Assembly: GCA_938028665.1 (NCBI GenBank)
Contig: CALIMB010000002.1
Span: 33,258 to 97,257 of the forward strand
Length of the DNA stretch: 64,000 nucleotides
Origin: an uncultured Thermomicrobium sp.
GTDB taxonomy: Bacteria; Chloroflexota; Chloroflexia; Thermomicrobiales; Thermomicrobiaceae
Direction of reading: 5' to 3'
In this document: piece after piece, positions 18,483 to 26,541 of the stretch
How positions within the stretch are numbered: the first letter of the stretch is position 1
Layout of the letters: each line of letters opens with the position of its first letter
Notes under the pieces: model-generated
What the model saw: the letters and a program-made list of their open reading frames with translations, nothing else
The model's database searches: none
What the model was told of the DNA's origin: nothing
Made by a program: the position numbers and the translations under genes

Positions 18483-21221
18483 TTAGGCGTCTTCGAGTGG
18501 CTGGGGACGACCAATGGCATAGCCTTGTGCGTAATCCACGCCGAGCGTGCGGAGCTCGCTGAGCAGGCTCTCCTGCTCCACCCACTCAGCGATCGTCTCA
18601 GCGCCAAGTGCCCCAGCCAATTCGGCGATAGCGCGCACAATACGGTGGTTGACCGGATCCTGGAGAAGATTGACGACAAAACTCCCGTCGATCTTAAGAA
18701 AGTTAACCGGCAACGAGCGGAGTTGGTAGAGCGATGAGTAGCCGACGCCGAAGTCGTCGATGGCGAGGAGGCATGGGAAGCGGCGTAGCCGCTGCAGCTG
18801 CTCACGCACCCAGGCTAAATCGGTGATCGCCACCGTTTCCGTCAATTCAAAAACGATGGTCCCTGACGGAATTGCGAAACGCTGCATGATGGTCTCAAGG
18901 GCGTGTAGTGCCTGCGCATCGTGAAGGGTGTGCGCCGAGAGATTGACGTGGATGCGCTGTCCGGACGCATGCGCCAGCTGCGCGGCACGCTCGACCACCC
19001 ACAGATCGATCTTCGGCAATAAGCCCAGTCGCTCAGCGATTGGTAGGAAACTGCTTGGATCAAGCAGCCGACTACCCTCGCGCAGGCGGAGGAGTAACTC
19101 GTGTCCGACAAGCTGGCCGGTTCGCAGGTCGAGAATAGGCTGGGCTAGGAGGCAAAAGGCGCCGCTGGCAAGTGCTGCTTCGAGATAGCGGGCAGACGCA
19201 GTCACTGAGGGCGGATCGGTCCGCACACGCCCGACGTCATACGTCTCGATGCGGGAACCACCATGATATTTGGCGGTGTAGAGTGCACGATCGGCTGCGA
19301 TCAGGAGTTCTTCAACTGTGACTCCATGTTCGGGGAAGAGGGCGATGCCGCAGCTGGCCTTCAGCTGCAGCACACGTTCTGGTAAGGTTACCACGATTTC
19401 ACTGATCGCAGCGAGTAGGCGCTGGGCTACATCTTCCGCAGCTTTGCGCGTGATGGGGAAGAGCACGACTGCAAACTCATCACCACCCAGTCGGGCGACA
19501 AGCTCGTGCGTCCGCACGACACGGCTTAAACGCAAGGCCACCGAGCGCAGGACAGTATCCCCTGCAGCATGGCCGAGCTGATCGTTGACGAGCTTGAAGT
19601 TGTCAAGATCGAACAATAACAGGGCTCCGCTGCGCTGCTTTTGCCAAGCCAGTGCCAGCCTGTCCTCCAAACCCTCGATGAGCGCATGGCGATTGGCGAT
19701 TCCGGTCAGTGTGTCGTGACGAGCAAGGTAGGAGAGATGTTCCTCGACTCGCTTGTGCTCGCTGATGTCCTCAGCTGTTCCTTGGACGAGGAGTATGTAA
19801 CCATCAGGAGTGCGTTGGGCTCGTACCGAGAGGCGAACCCAGAAGACTGTACCGTCTGATTTTCGCCAACGGCACTCGGTACGGTTGATCGCGTCACCAC
19901 GCCGCAACAGATTCCAGAGATGAGACGCCTCGACTTGCTCCAGAAAGAAATCTGCAAGAGGCAGCCCAACGACATCGTTGGGCTGTTCGCGACCGAGAAG
20001 TCGTGCGAATGCCCGGTTCGCCTGGACAATTTGGCCTGCTTCGTTAAGCTGAAAGACGCCGATGGGAAGTTCGCTGATGAGTTCTTCATTCTGCTCTCGT
20101 TCCCTTGCTCGCGCGATGGCGACTGCTCCGATCTCAACGAGGAGTGTGGCGAAGCGGATTTGCTGTTCGCTGAGTTCCTGGAGAGTGGAATAGTTCGCCA
20201 CCAGAACTCCCACTGGCCGCTCATTGGCAAAGAGGGGGAAGAAGACGGAGAACCGGACACCGGCTTCACGGACCTGTGGAGGAACGTGGAAGGGTCGTCC
20301 CGGCTGATCGACTCGAATGCTGAAGGGATGACCGGTGTGGAGTGCCCAGGCTGCTCCGTTGTGCGTTGGCGGGCTGAGCGGAAGCCATATCCGCCCTACC
20401 CATGCAGCTGACCAGCCGTGTCCAGCCCGCAGGACGAGATACTGTTCCGAGGGATCGACGACAAGCAGGCTGACTGCATCAAACTGGAGAACTGGCTTCA
20501 GCATCATGAAGATTGACTCGGCGACGGTGGACAGTTTCTCCTGCCCAACAAGCATGTGGGCCAGCGCCGTCGCCTGTTCCTGTTCTTCGGAGCGCAGCCG
20601 CTGAAGGTCTGCGGTCAATTTGGTCCGTTCGATGGCACTAGCCAAGAACTCTCCAATGAGATCCAGAAGGAGTCGGGTCTCAGGATCAAGCGGATGGGGA
20701 TTTAGTCGAGCAATGCTCAGGATGCCAACAGTATTCCCACTGGGGGAGCGGAGCGGCACCGCGAGGTGCCAGCGGAGTCCTCCGGTGAGTCGATCGGCCG
20801 TCTCCGGATTTCCGGCTTGCTCGCGCAGACGCGCCAGTCGTTCGCATTCGATGATCTCGGCCGTGGTAGAAAGGGCACCGGACGCAGCCAGGTGCTGGCA
20901 GCGACAGGGAGACGAGCGCAACAAAGCCATCTCGTTCGCGGCAAGCCCTGGCGGCAAGCCACCAGCTGCAACAAGTTGGAACGATCCTTCCTCGCGGAGC
21001 GTGATCCAGCCGGTCGTCGAGCCAACAAGTTTGAGGATGAGCGGTAAGCTTTCTTGCAGTGCTGCCCGCAAGTCTGTTGCCTGGTTCAACACCGTGGCGA
21101 GCCTTGTCAGGACAATCAAGGGCTCTCGTGCTTTTTCTTCGGTTGAACCCTCCGTGTCAGGCTGGCTTTTGCAACTACTTGACTCGGCTGGTGCACAGCC
21201 ATACTGAGGTGTTTCCTGCAC
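18483..21221 (-). CDS. multidomain c-di-GMP signalling protein (GAF x2-3, PAS, GGDEF, EAL)
   Basis: RLGGDEFAVVL (GGDEF), FELTETVAI plus LLAIDDFGVGYSSL (EAL), a PAS-like NRTECRWRKSDGTVFWV, and N-terminal GAF-like regions. Confidence 0.9.
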   Translation of the reverse strand: MQETPQYGCAPAESSSCKSQPDTEGSTEEKAREPLIVLTRLATVLNQATDLRAALQESLPLILKLVGSTTGWITLREEGSFQLVAAGGLPPGLAANEMALLRSSPCRCQHLAASGALSTTAEIIECERLARLREQAGNPETADRLTGGLRWHLAVPLRSPSGNTVGILSIARLNPHPLDPETRLLLDLIGEFLASAIERTKLTADLQRLRSEEQEQATALAHMLVGQEKLSTVAESIFMMLKPVLQFDAVSLLVVDPSEQYLVLRAGHGWSAAWVGRIWLPLSPPTHNGAAWALHTGHPFSIRVDQPGRPFHVPPQVREAGVRFSVFFPLFANERPVGVLVANYSTLQELSEQQIRFATLLVEIGAVAIARAREREQNEELISELPIGVFQLNEAGQIVQANRAFARLLGREQPNDVVGLPLADFFLEQVEASHLWNLLRRGDAINRTECRWRKSDGTVFWVRLSVRAQRTPDGYILLVQGTAEDISEHKRVEEHLSYLARHDTLTGIANRHALIEGLEDRLALAWQKQRSGALLLFDLDNFKLVNDQLGHAAGDTVLRSVALRLSRVVRTHELVARLGGDEFAVVLFPITRKAAEDVAQRLLAAISEIVVTLPERVLQLKASCGIALFPEHGVTVEELLIAADRALYTAKYHGGSRIETYDVGRVRTDPPSVTASARYLEAALASGAFCLLAQPILDLRTGQLVGHELLLRLREGSRLLDPSSFLPIAERLGLLPKIDLWVVERAAQLAHASGQRIHVNLSAHTLHDAQALHALETIMQRFAIPSGTIVFELTETVAITDLAWVREQLQRLRRFPCLLAIDDFGVGYSSLYQLRSLPVNFLKIDGSFVVNLLQDPVNHRIVRAIAELAGALGAETIAEWVEQESLLSELRTLGVDYAQGYAIGRPQPLEDA

Positions 21222-21353
21222 CCCTCATCCCCCGCTTTCCCCACTTGGCTTGGCCCTGGTCAATGCACGGACACTCTTCAGATGACCTAAGAACGCAGCT
21301 ATGAAATGATATCGTGGCTTTATCCTTGCGAGAACGTAGCCATATTGTCCCGT

Positions 21354-23000
21354 TCACTGGGGTGTTGTTGTCTTGGATACCGGAATGCCATCGTCGGGCG
21401 AGTAAAGCGAGGGAGAGTCCTTTTCGGGGTGAGCTTGCGCGGGGTTGGCTGACTGGATGTTTCGGATCACCCAGCCGCTCATGCGGAGCGCGTTGAGCTG
21501 TGCTTGGTTTCCGGGGAGGCCGTGCGGGCCGATCGTATACCATCCTTGGTCGAGTGTCGGCTCGACCACGAGCGACTGCACCGGTTGTCGCCAGCCAAGG
21601 CGAACCTCGAGCAGAGCATCGAAGCCGAGATACTCTGGCTGTGCGTTCATCCCGAAATGACCCAGTGGGTACTCATAGTAGTGCAGTGCAAGCCACGCTG
21701 GGGCATTCACGATCACGAGCGGCCAACCCGGATTTGCACGTGCCACCTCTACAACTGTCTCTTGCGCGCAGCTGGCCAGAAGCGCAAGTGTGGTGCGTTG
21801 CTTGAGGAAAGCACTACTTTGGGTAAGCGTGACGATGATAAGGAGTATCCCCAGCGTTGCGCCGAGCCAGCGTCCTTGCCGCCAGTGCCAACCGGCTTGT
21901 GGCACCAACCCCCAAAAGGTGGCGATTGCCGGGGCTGCAGGATAGAGTAAGCGTGGACCGTCCTCGAGGTACCCATGGTACGGGAGGAAGAATATCGCAG
22001 GTAAGAAGACGAGGAGACTGAGAGCGAGTGTCACGAGTGCAAGCCGGAGTTGTGTGCCAAATGCATGATAAAGCAATGCAATGATCCCCGCGATGAGCGC
22101 AGTGCTGATGACAGCCTGCCAGGCGTGCCGCGCAAGCCAGTTGGTGTCGACCAGGTTTGTCAGCTGACGAGTCAGAGGATAAGTTGCTGCCTGTGACCAG
22201 AAAACCAGATTTTTCAGCTGGTCGAGCAGGGTGACCGGCCTTGATTCGGGCTTGTCAAACCCCCAGAACCAGAAGAAGAGGAATATGCTGTTCCCGAAGA
22301 GCACTACAGAGAGCCAGCCACTCTCCACTAGCAGAGCTCGCCGCCAGCCCGCTCGGGAGCGGAGAACGATCCACAGAATAACTACGGTTCCGCTTAGGAC
22401 ACCCGTCTCATGGAAACCTGGTGCAGCAAGCGCTACAACCATCGCCGCGCAGCGCCATAGGCGTCCAGTGTGACCGGTCTGTTCCCGTCCTTGTTCCCAC
22501 AGGACCAGCGTAGCGAGCATCGCACTGGTGACGAGGAGATGCGGAAGCGCGCAGACGATCTGGACTGCCTGGTAGGCGAACGGAAAGGCAGCGAACAGCG
22601 AGGCCGAGAGCGCTGCGGAGACTGAGCCGACGACTCTCCGGGCAAGCAGTGCGAGGAGGAGCGTATTCAGTAGGTGAAGCAAGACGGAGAGGAAGTGATA
22701 GTGCCAAGGCTCTGTTCCGCCCCAGAGATCGTGGACGAGCTTGTAAAGTACAAAAGTAAGCGGCCGATAGTAGCTGAACCCGGGGAGTGGCTGGAATAGG
22801 AGTTCCCAGTAGCTCGTGTGCCGGACAACAACGAGGTCATAGCTATCGTCCAGCAAAAAACTGAAACGAAGTGTAGGACCGTAGAGGACGAGTACCTCGA
22901 CAAGGAGTCCCAGGAGGATAGTCGCGAAGACCAAATTCGCCTTCTGCTTCTGGTGAGGTGTTGCTTGGGGCACTACTTCACGTTTTGTCTTGCGCGGCAT
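21354..23000 (-). CDS. polytopic membrane protein, probable GT-C-fold glycosyltransferase (PMT/TMTC-like N-terminal architecture)
   Basis: About 11 predicted TM helices. The first loop carries an acidic motif FLLDDSYDL followed by YYRPLTFVLYKL, as in GT-C enzymes. The function is inferred from architecture only. Confidence 0.5.
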   Translation of the reverse strand: MPRKTKREVVPQATPHQKQKANLVFATILLGLLVEVLVLYGPTLRFSFLLDDSYDLVVVRHTSYWELLFQPLPGFSYYRPLTFVLYKLVHDLWGGTEPWHYHFLSVLLHLLNTLLLALLARRVVGSVSAALSASLFAAFPFAYQAVQIVCALPHLLVTSAMLATLVLWEQGREQTGHTGRLWRCAAMVVALAAPGFHETGVLSGTVVILWIVLRSRAGWRRALLVESGWLSVVLFGNSIFLFFWFWGFDKPESRPVTLLDQLKNLVFWSQAATYPLTRQLTNLVDTNWLARHAWQAVISTALIAGIIALLYHAFGTQLRLALVTLALSLLVFLPAIFFLPYHGYLEDGPRLLYPAAPAIATFWGLVPQAGWHWRQGRWLGATLGILLIIVTLTQSSAFLKQRTTLALLASCAQETVVEVARANPGWPLVIVNAPAWLALHYYEYPLGHFGMNAQPEYLGFDALLEVRLGWRQPVQSLVVEPTLDQGWYTIGPHGLPGNQAQLNALRMSGWVIRNIQSANPAQAHPEKDSPSLYSPDDGIPVSKTTTPQ

Positions 23001-23330
23001 AGCGCTCTATCACCCATGCACCGTGTGTTGCCGAACTGACTGTCCAGGATACTGCTGGGACAAGTGAGAGCAAGTGCGACGCTCGAGCAAGAGTGATTGC
23101 TGGATCAAACGGTGATCCAGTCGCTGGATTCCCCTGCTCTGGTGAGTTGCACACAACGCGAGGAGGAATGCAGTAAGTAACGGGTGTACGCTGTGTCGGA
23201 GTGGCAGTCCTGGCAGCAGTACGACCGTGCAAGTGCACGGTGTTGGGTACGCTGGTGCTGCAGATCCAGCAGCAATGTCACTGTGTGGCGCTGGAAAGAC
23301 AGCAGGCGGCAAGGCGCGATGGTCGGTTGG

Positions 23331-23560
23331 GTGCGTGTCCTTGCTTGGGGGAACGCATGCTCTTTGCTTGTTGTAGCGGGTGTTTCCGCCCTACCGGGTG
23401 TGTGTCCTTGCTTGGAGAGATGCACACTCGATCGCTGTCACGGCCATCGACGAACGAATGCAGTGCGTGTCCTTGCTTAGAGAAAGGTCCACACTACAGG
23501 AGCTAGCCAAGCACCTTGTGGTTATGACGTACCTGTCCTTGCTTTGATGGACGGACACCT
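23331..23560. repeat. four spaced direct repeats (~30 nt units, core TGTCCTTGCTT, period 65-67 nt)
   Basis: Units start at 23331, 23398, 23463 and 23529. Each has self-complementary ends, and the intervening sequences are unrelated. They lie in a 755-bp spacer with no credible ORF. Confidence 0.8.
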
Positions 23561-23755
23561 GTGACAGGGGTGCCGTGTTTCTACCATCTCGGTTAGAAGC
23601 AAAGCTTGTACACGCCTTGCGAGGAGTTTGCGCTCACTGAGAAGGTTCTCGTGTGAGTGGCTGGCGACGAAACGGGTTCCGGCAGTAACGGGATCCTCTA
23701 ATGCCGGAGCCACGCCGTCGCACTCAACCACTCGAAGCTGCGCCGCACAGAATGT

Positions 23756-25669
23756 TCAGCGAACGATGAGTCGGACGATGACAGGACGATGGTCCGACGC
23801 TGTAGCCTCGAGAACGCTCCCGGCGACTGGCTCGAGCCCATCAGTCACGAGAAGGTAGTCGATTCGACGGGCGTCTGCCGATGTTGGTAGAAGTGCGCCG
23901 ACGGCCGCGGCAGCATCGCGGAAGCCAGCTGCAGAGAGCCGCGCGAGTTCGGGACTTTCGGGCTCAGCATTGAAGTCGCCACCAAGGACGAGGGGGCGGG
24001 CCGGTTCGAGGAATGCAAGAAGTTCATCAATCTGGGTGAGGCGTACCATGGTTGCTGAACGTGGGTCATCAAGATGGGTACTGGCGATCCAGAGCGACAC
24101 TGTTGGAGTGGTCAGCCGGACAGCGATGGCGCCACGCCGGAGATTTTGCGTTGTCCGGAAGTGTACGACTCGCTCTTCCACCGGTAGTGCACGTGTGAGC
24201 ACGGCGTTCCCCCAAAGCCCGTCCGAACTTGCTGGTCCCCAACTGGCGTGCATGTCGAGCCGTCGTGCTAGCCACGTCAGCTGGTCGGCACTGGAAGTGA
24301 CCAACCAGCCGCGGCTGACCTCCTGGAGGAGCACAATGTCTGGCCGGGCAGCCTCGATCACGCGAGCAGTCGCTTCCAAGTTCCAGCGCTGGTACCGGTC
24401 GTAGCCGGACTGAATGTTGTAAGTCATGACGATGAGCTCGGAACTCGGGGCGAGCGCGGGAGGTGATGCTCGCTCGCCAAGTGCTTGCCAAGCGACGGCA
24501 GCGGCGAGCGGGGACACCATACCGAGAGCGACGTGCGGGAGCAGTGCGACCGCACCGGGTGGCCAGCCACTCGGCCAGTCCAGCGCAACGACGAAGGCGA
24601 GAATGGCCCAGAGGATGAGGGGTATCCAGCGGTCTCCAGTAGCCGTGTAGTAGCGGAACAGGAGCGCAACCTGCAGGAGTTGACCAACCGCCAATGCGAG
24701 CGCGACTCGATTCACACTGGCTGGGCTACGCAAGAGGCGACCCCCGATTGCTGCGGTGAGCACGAGGATTGCCCAGCTGGTGACAGCAAGCGCCAATCCT
24801 AGTCTGGCCTGCCAGCCAGCATCCCATGCCAGCCAGAGCCCGGTCGCTCCTGCTGCCGTCGTCGCGATCCAGCCGAGCCAGTGTTGTGCGGCGAGCGGTG
24901 CGATAAGAAGGCCCACGAGGATCCCAGATCCCAGCAGTGTGCTTGCAAGCAGGAGATCCCAACCGGTGTGTGTCACCGCAAAGCCAAGATTTCCGGTCAC
25001 AAGGTGCAGAAGTGCAATCGCTGGTCCCAGTGCAAGGAAGCCGATCGCTCCCCGTGGCTCGACCGGCCCCCGGTCGATGACGATAAACCCGACAGCCACC
25101 CCAAAGAGTGCAACCAGTATGGCGGTTGCCAGATGGCTCCCCATTCCTGGAAGCCATGGAAGGTCGAGTGTGTCACGGGCGGTGCGGAGTGCGAGATCAA
25201 TTGCTGTCCCGACCAGAATTCCCAAGCCAGCTCGAGCTCGCCAACGGAGCAACGGGATAAGTGCCCAGCCAGAAGCGACAAGGGCGATTGCGCTGAGGGT
25301 GATGCGGGCAGGTGGCCAGTCGACAAGCTGGAGTCCGATCCGGGCAGTGGCGAGGAGCGTTGCTGCCACCAAAAGCAGACGGCCACCGCTCAGCGTACCG
25401 ATGAGCGGGGCAAGAAGAGGGCTGGCGAATGTCCCAGCAATGATCAGGAGCAGGAGTGCTCGGCGGCTCTGGTCGATGACAAAGACGAGGTCGGAGACGA
25501 AGACGCGCGTGGCCTGGAGCCCAAGCACGAGCCCAAGGGCGACCGCTACGATTGCCCAGAGAGCAACATCTGGTGTGGCGACCGGAAAGGGCGGACCGAA
25601 TGCCTTGGGTGTGGTCCGACCGGAAAGACCAGTCACGGATTGCTCCGCTGACTCTTGCGTTACCGTCAC
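23756..25669 (-). CDS. membrane protein with C-terminal endonuclease/exonuclease/phosphatase (EEP) domain
   Basis: About 390 aa of TM helices, then EEP motifs: VMTYNIQSG, PDIVLLQEV, STHLDDP, GGDFNAEP, ASDHRPV. Confidence 0.85.
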   Translation of the reverse strand: MTVTQESAEQSVTGLSGRTTPKAFGPPFPVATPDVALWAIVAVALGLVLGLQATRVFVSDLVFVIDQSRRALLLLIIAGTFASPLLAPLIGTLSGGRLLLVAATLLATARIGLQLVDWPPARITLSAIALVASGWALIPLLRWRARAGLGILVGTAIDLALRTARDTLDLPWLPGMGSHLATAILVALFGVAVGFIVIDRGPVEPRGAIGFLALGPAIALLHLVTGNLGFAVTHTGWDLLLASTLLGSGILVGLLIAPLAAQHWLGWIATTAAGATGLWLAWDAGWQARLGLALAVTSWAILVLTAAIGGRLLRSPASVNRVALALAVGQLLQVALLFRYYTATGDRWIPLILWAILAFVVALDWPSGWPPGAVALLPHVALGMVSPLAAAVAWQALGERASPPALAPSSELIVMTYNIQSGYDRYQRWNLEATARVIEAARPDIVLLQEVSRGWLVTSSADQLTWLARRLDMHASWGPASSDGLWGNAVLTRALPVEERVVHFRTTQNLRRGAIAVRLTTPTVSLWIASTHLDDPRSATMVRLTQIDELLAFLEPARPLVLGGDFNAEPESPELARLSAAGFRDAAAAVGALLPTSADARRIDYLLVTDGLEPVAGSVLEATASDHRPVIVRLIVR

Positions 25670-26486
25670 GGCCAGCGTACCGGAACGGCATGTCTAGTGC
25701 AAGAGGGGAAGCGTTCATGGCACACGGTTCCCCGACCCGTGCGTCCATGGGGGCGGCTGCGTGGCACGGACAAGGACTTGAGGATGCGATCAAAGAGTGA
25801 TCGGAACTTTTCCTTGCGCCAGGAGTGTGAATGAGCCAGGCGGAGTTTTGGGAACATATCCTGAGGCGGAGGAGAATGTGAGCCCGCTTTGCAAGGGAAC
25901 ATTCGCTGTGTCTCAGGTGCTGGGGCTGAGGAACAACGCTCCGGTTTGCTGTTCCAGGGATGGTGTCGCTTTTCCGAGCGTTTCTTCGGAGACCACAGCT
26001 GAAAGAGCTGGGTAGTGGGTATTGTGGAGAAGCAGCGGGCAAACCAGTCGGTACCGATACTTCGGTAGAAGCGAAGCCGTGGATGTGCATGATACTCCGG
26101 AACGCACGATGCCATGCGCTCGTGCAGGTTCATGTGCTTGGGAAGCGGAACCAGGGTAGAGATCAGGAGGCCTTGGCGCCCTTGTGGGCAACGTCCGAGC
26201 GTCGACAGCGGAGAGGGGAAAGTCTACTGGTCTGGTACACGTCCATTCAGCAGGACTGGGGGTGCTCGCAGGTGGAGCGAGGCAGGCCACGAGCCGGATG
26301 AGAGCGTGCGGCCATCTCCCTGAGAGCGAAATGTGTACTCTTGCATCTCCTCCCTCACGAACTCGGTGCAGCCGAATTGGGATTATGGTGTAGGGTGCCT
26401 ATTGAGATTTCGCAGCACGATTTCCTGGCCCGACATTGCAGAGCTTGAACGGAACCGTCACCCGAAGATGTGCGGTGAGTGGGATC

Positions 26487-26522
26487 GGTGGGGTGGTGGA
26501 GAGATCCCCCCACCACCCCACC
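26487..26522 (-). terminator. perfect 13-bp GC hairpin 20 nt downstream of the S8 protease stop
   Basis: GGTGGGGTGGTGG-N10-CCACCACCCCACC. There is no U-tract, so it is terminator-like or a 3'-end stabiliser only. Confidence 0.45.
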
Positions 26523-26541
26523 GGGAGATCGTGCGGCCAGC

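Noticed and set aside
17714-18805. 363-aa version of the SDR gene extending upstream
   Set aside because: The first ~125 aa are Ser/Arg-rich, non-homologous, and overlap the 3' end of the GGDEF-EAL gene. A proper SD-ATG (18424) sits directly before the Rossmann motif.
23331-23560. Calling the four spaced repeats a CRISPR array
   Set aside because: The ~30-nt repeat and ~35-nt unique spacers fit the geometry. However, there are only four units, repeat identity is only about 23/30 between the best pair, and there are no cas genes or leader in the window. A degenerate orphan array cannot be excluded but is not supportable.
24756-25697. 313-aa plus-strand ORF opposite the EEP membrane gene. Similar long antisense ORFs are 27703..28578 (opposite S8), 49110..49907 (opposite SBP), 59413..60414 (opposite rfbD), 60791..61702 (opposite GH) and 8970..9752 (opposite mutM).
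   Set aside because: Every one lies opposite a gene with clear family motifs. They are Arg/Ser/Pro/Cys-rich with no recognisable domains; this is the high-GC stop-codon-depletion artefact.
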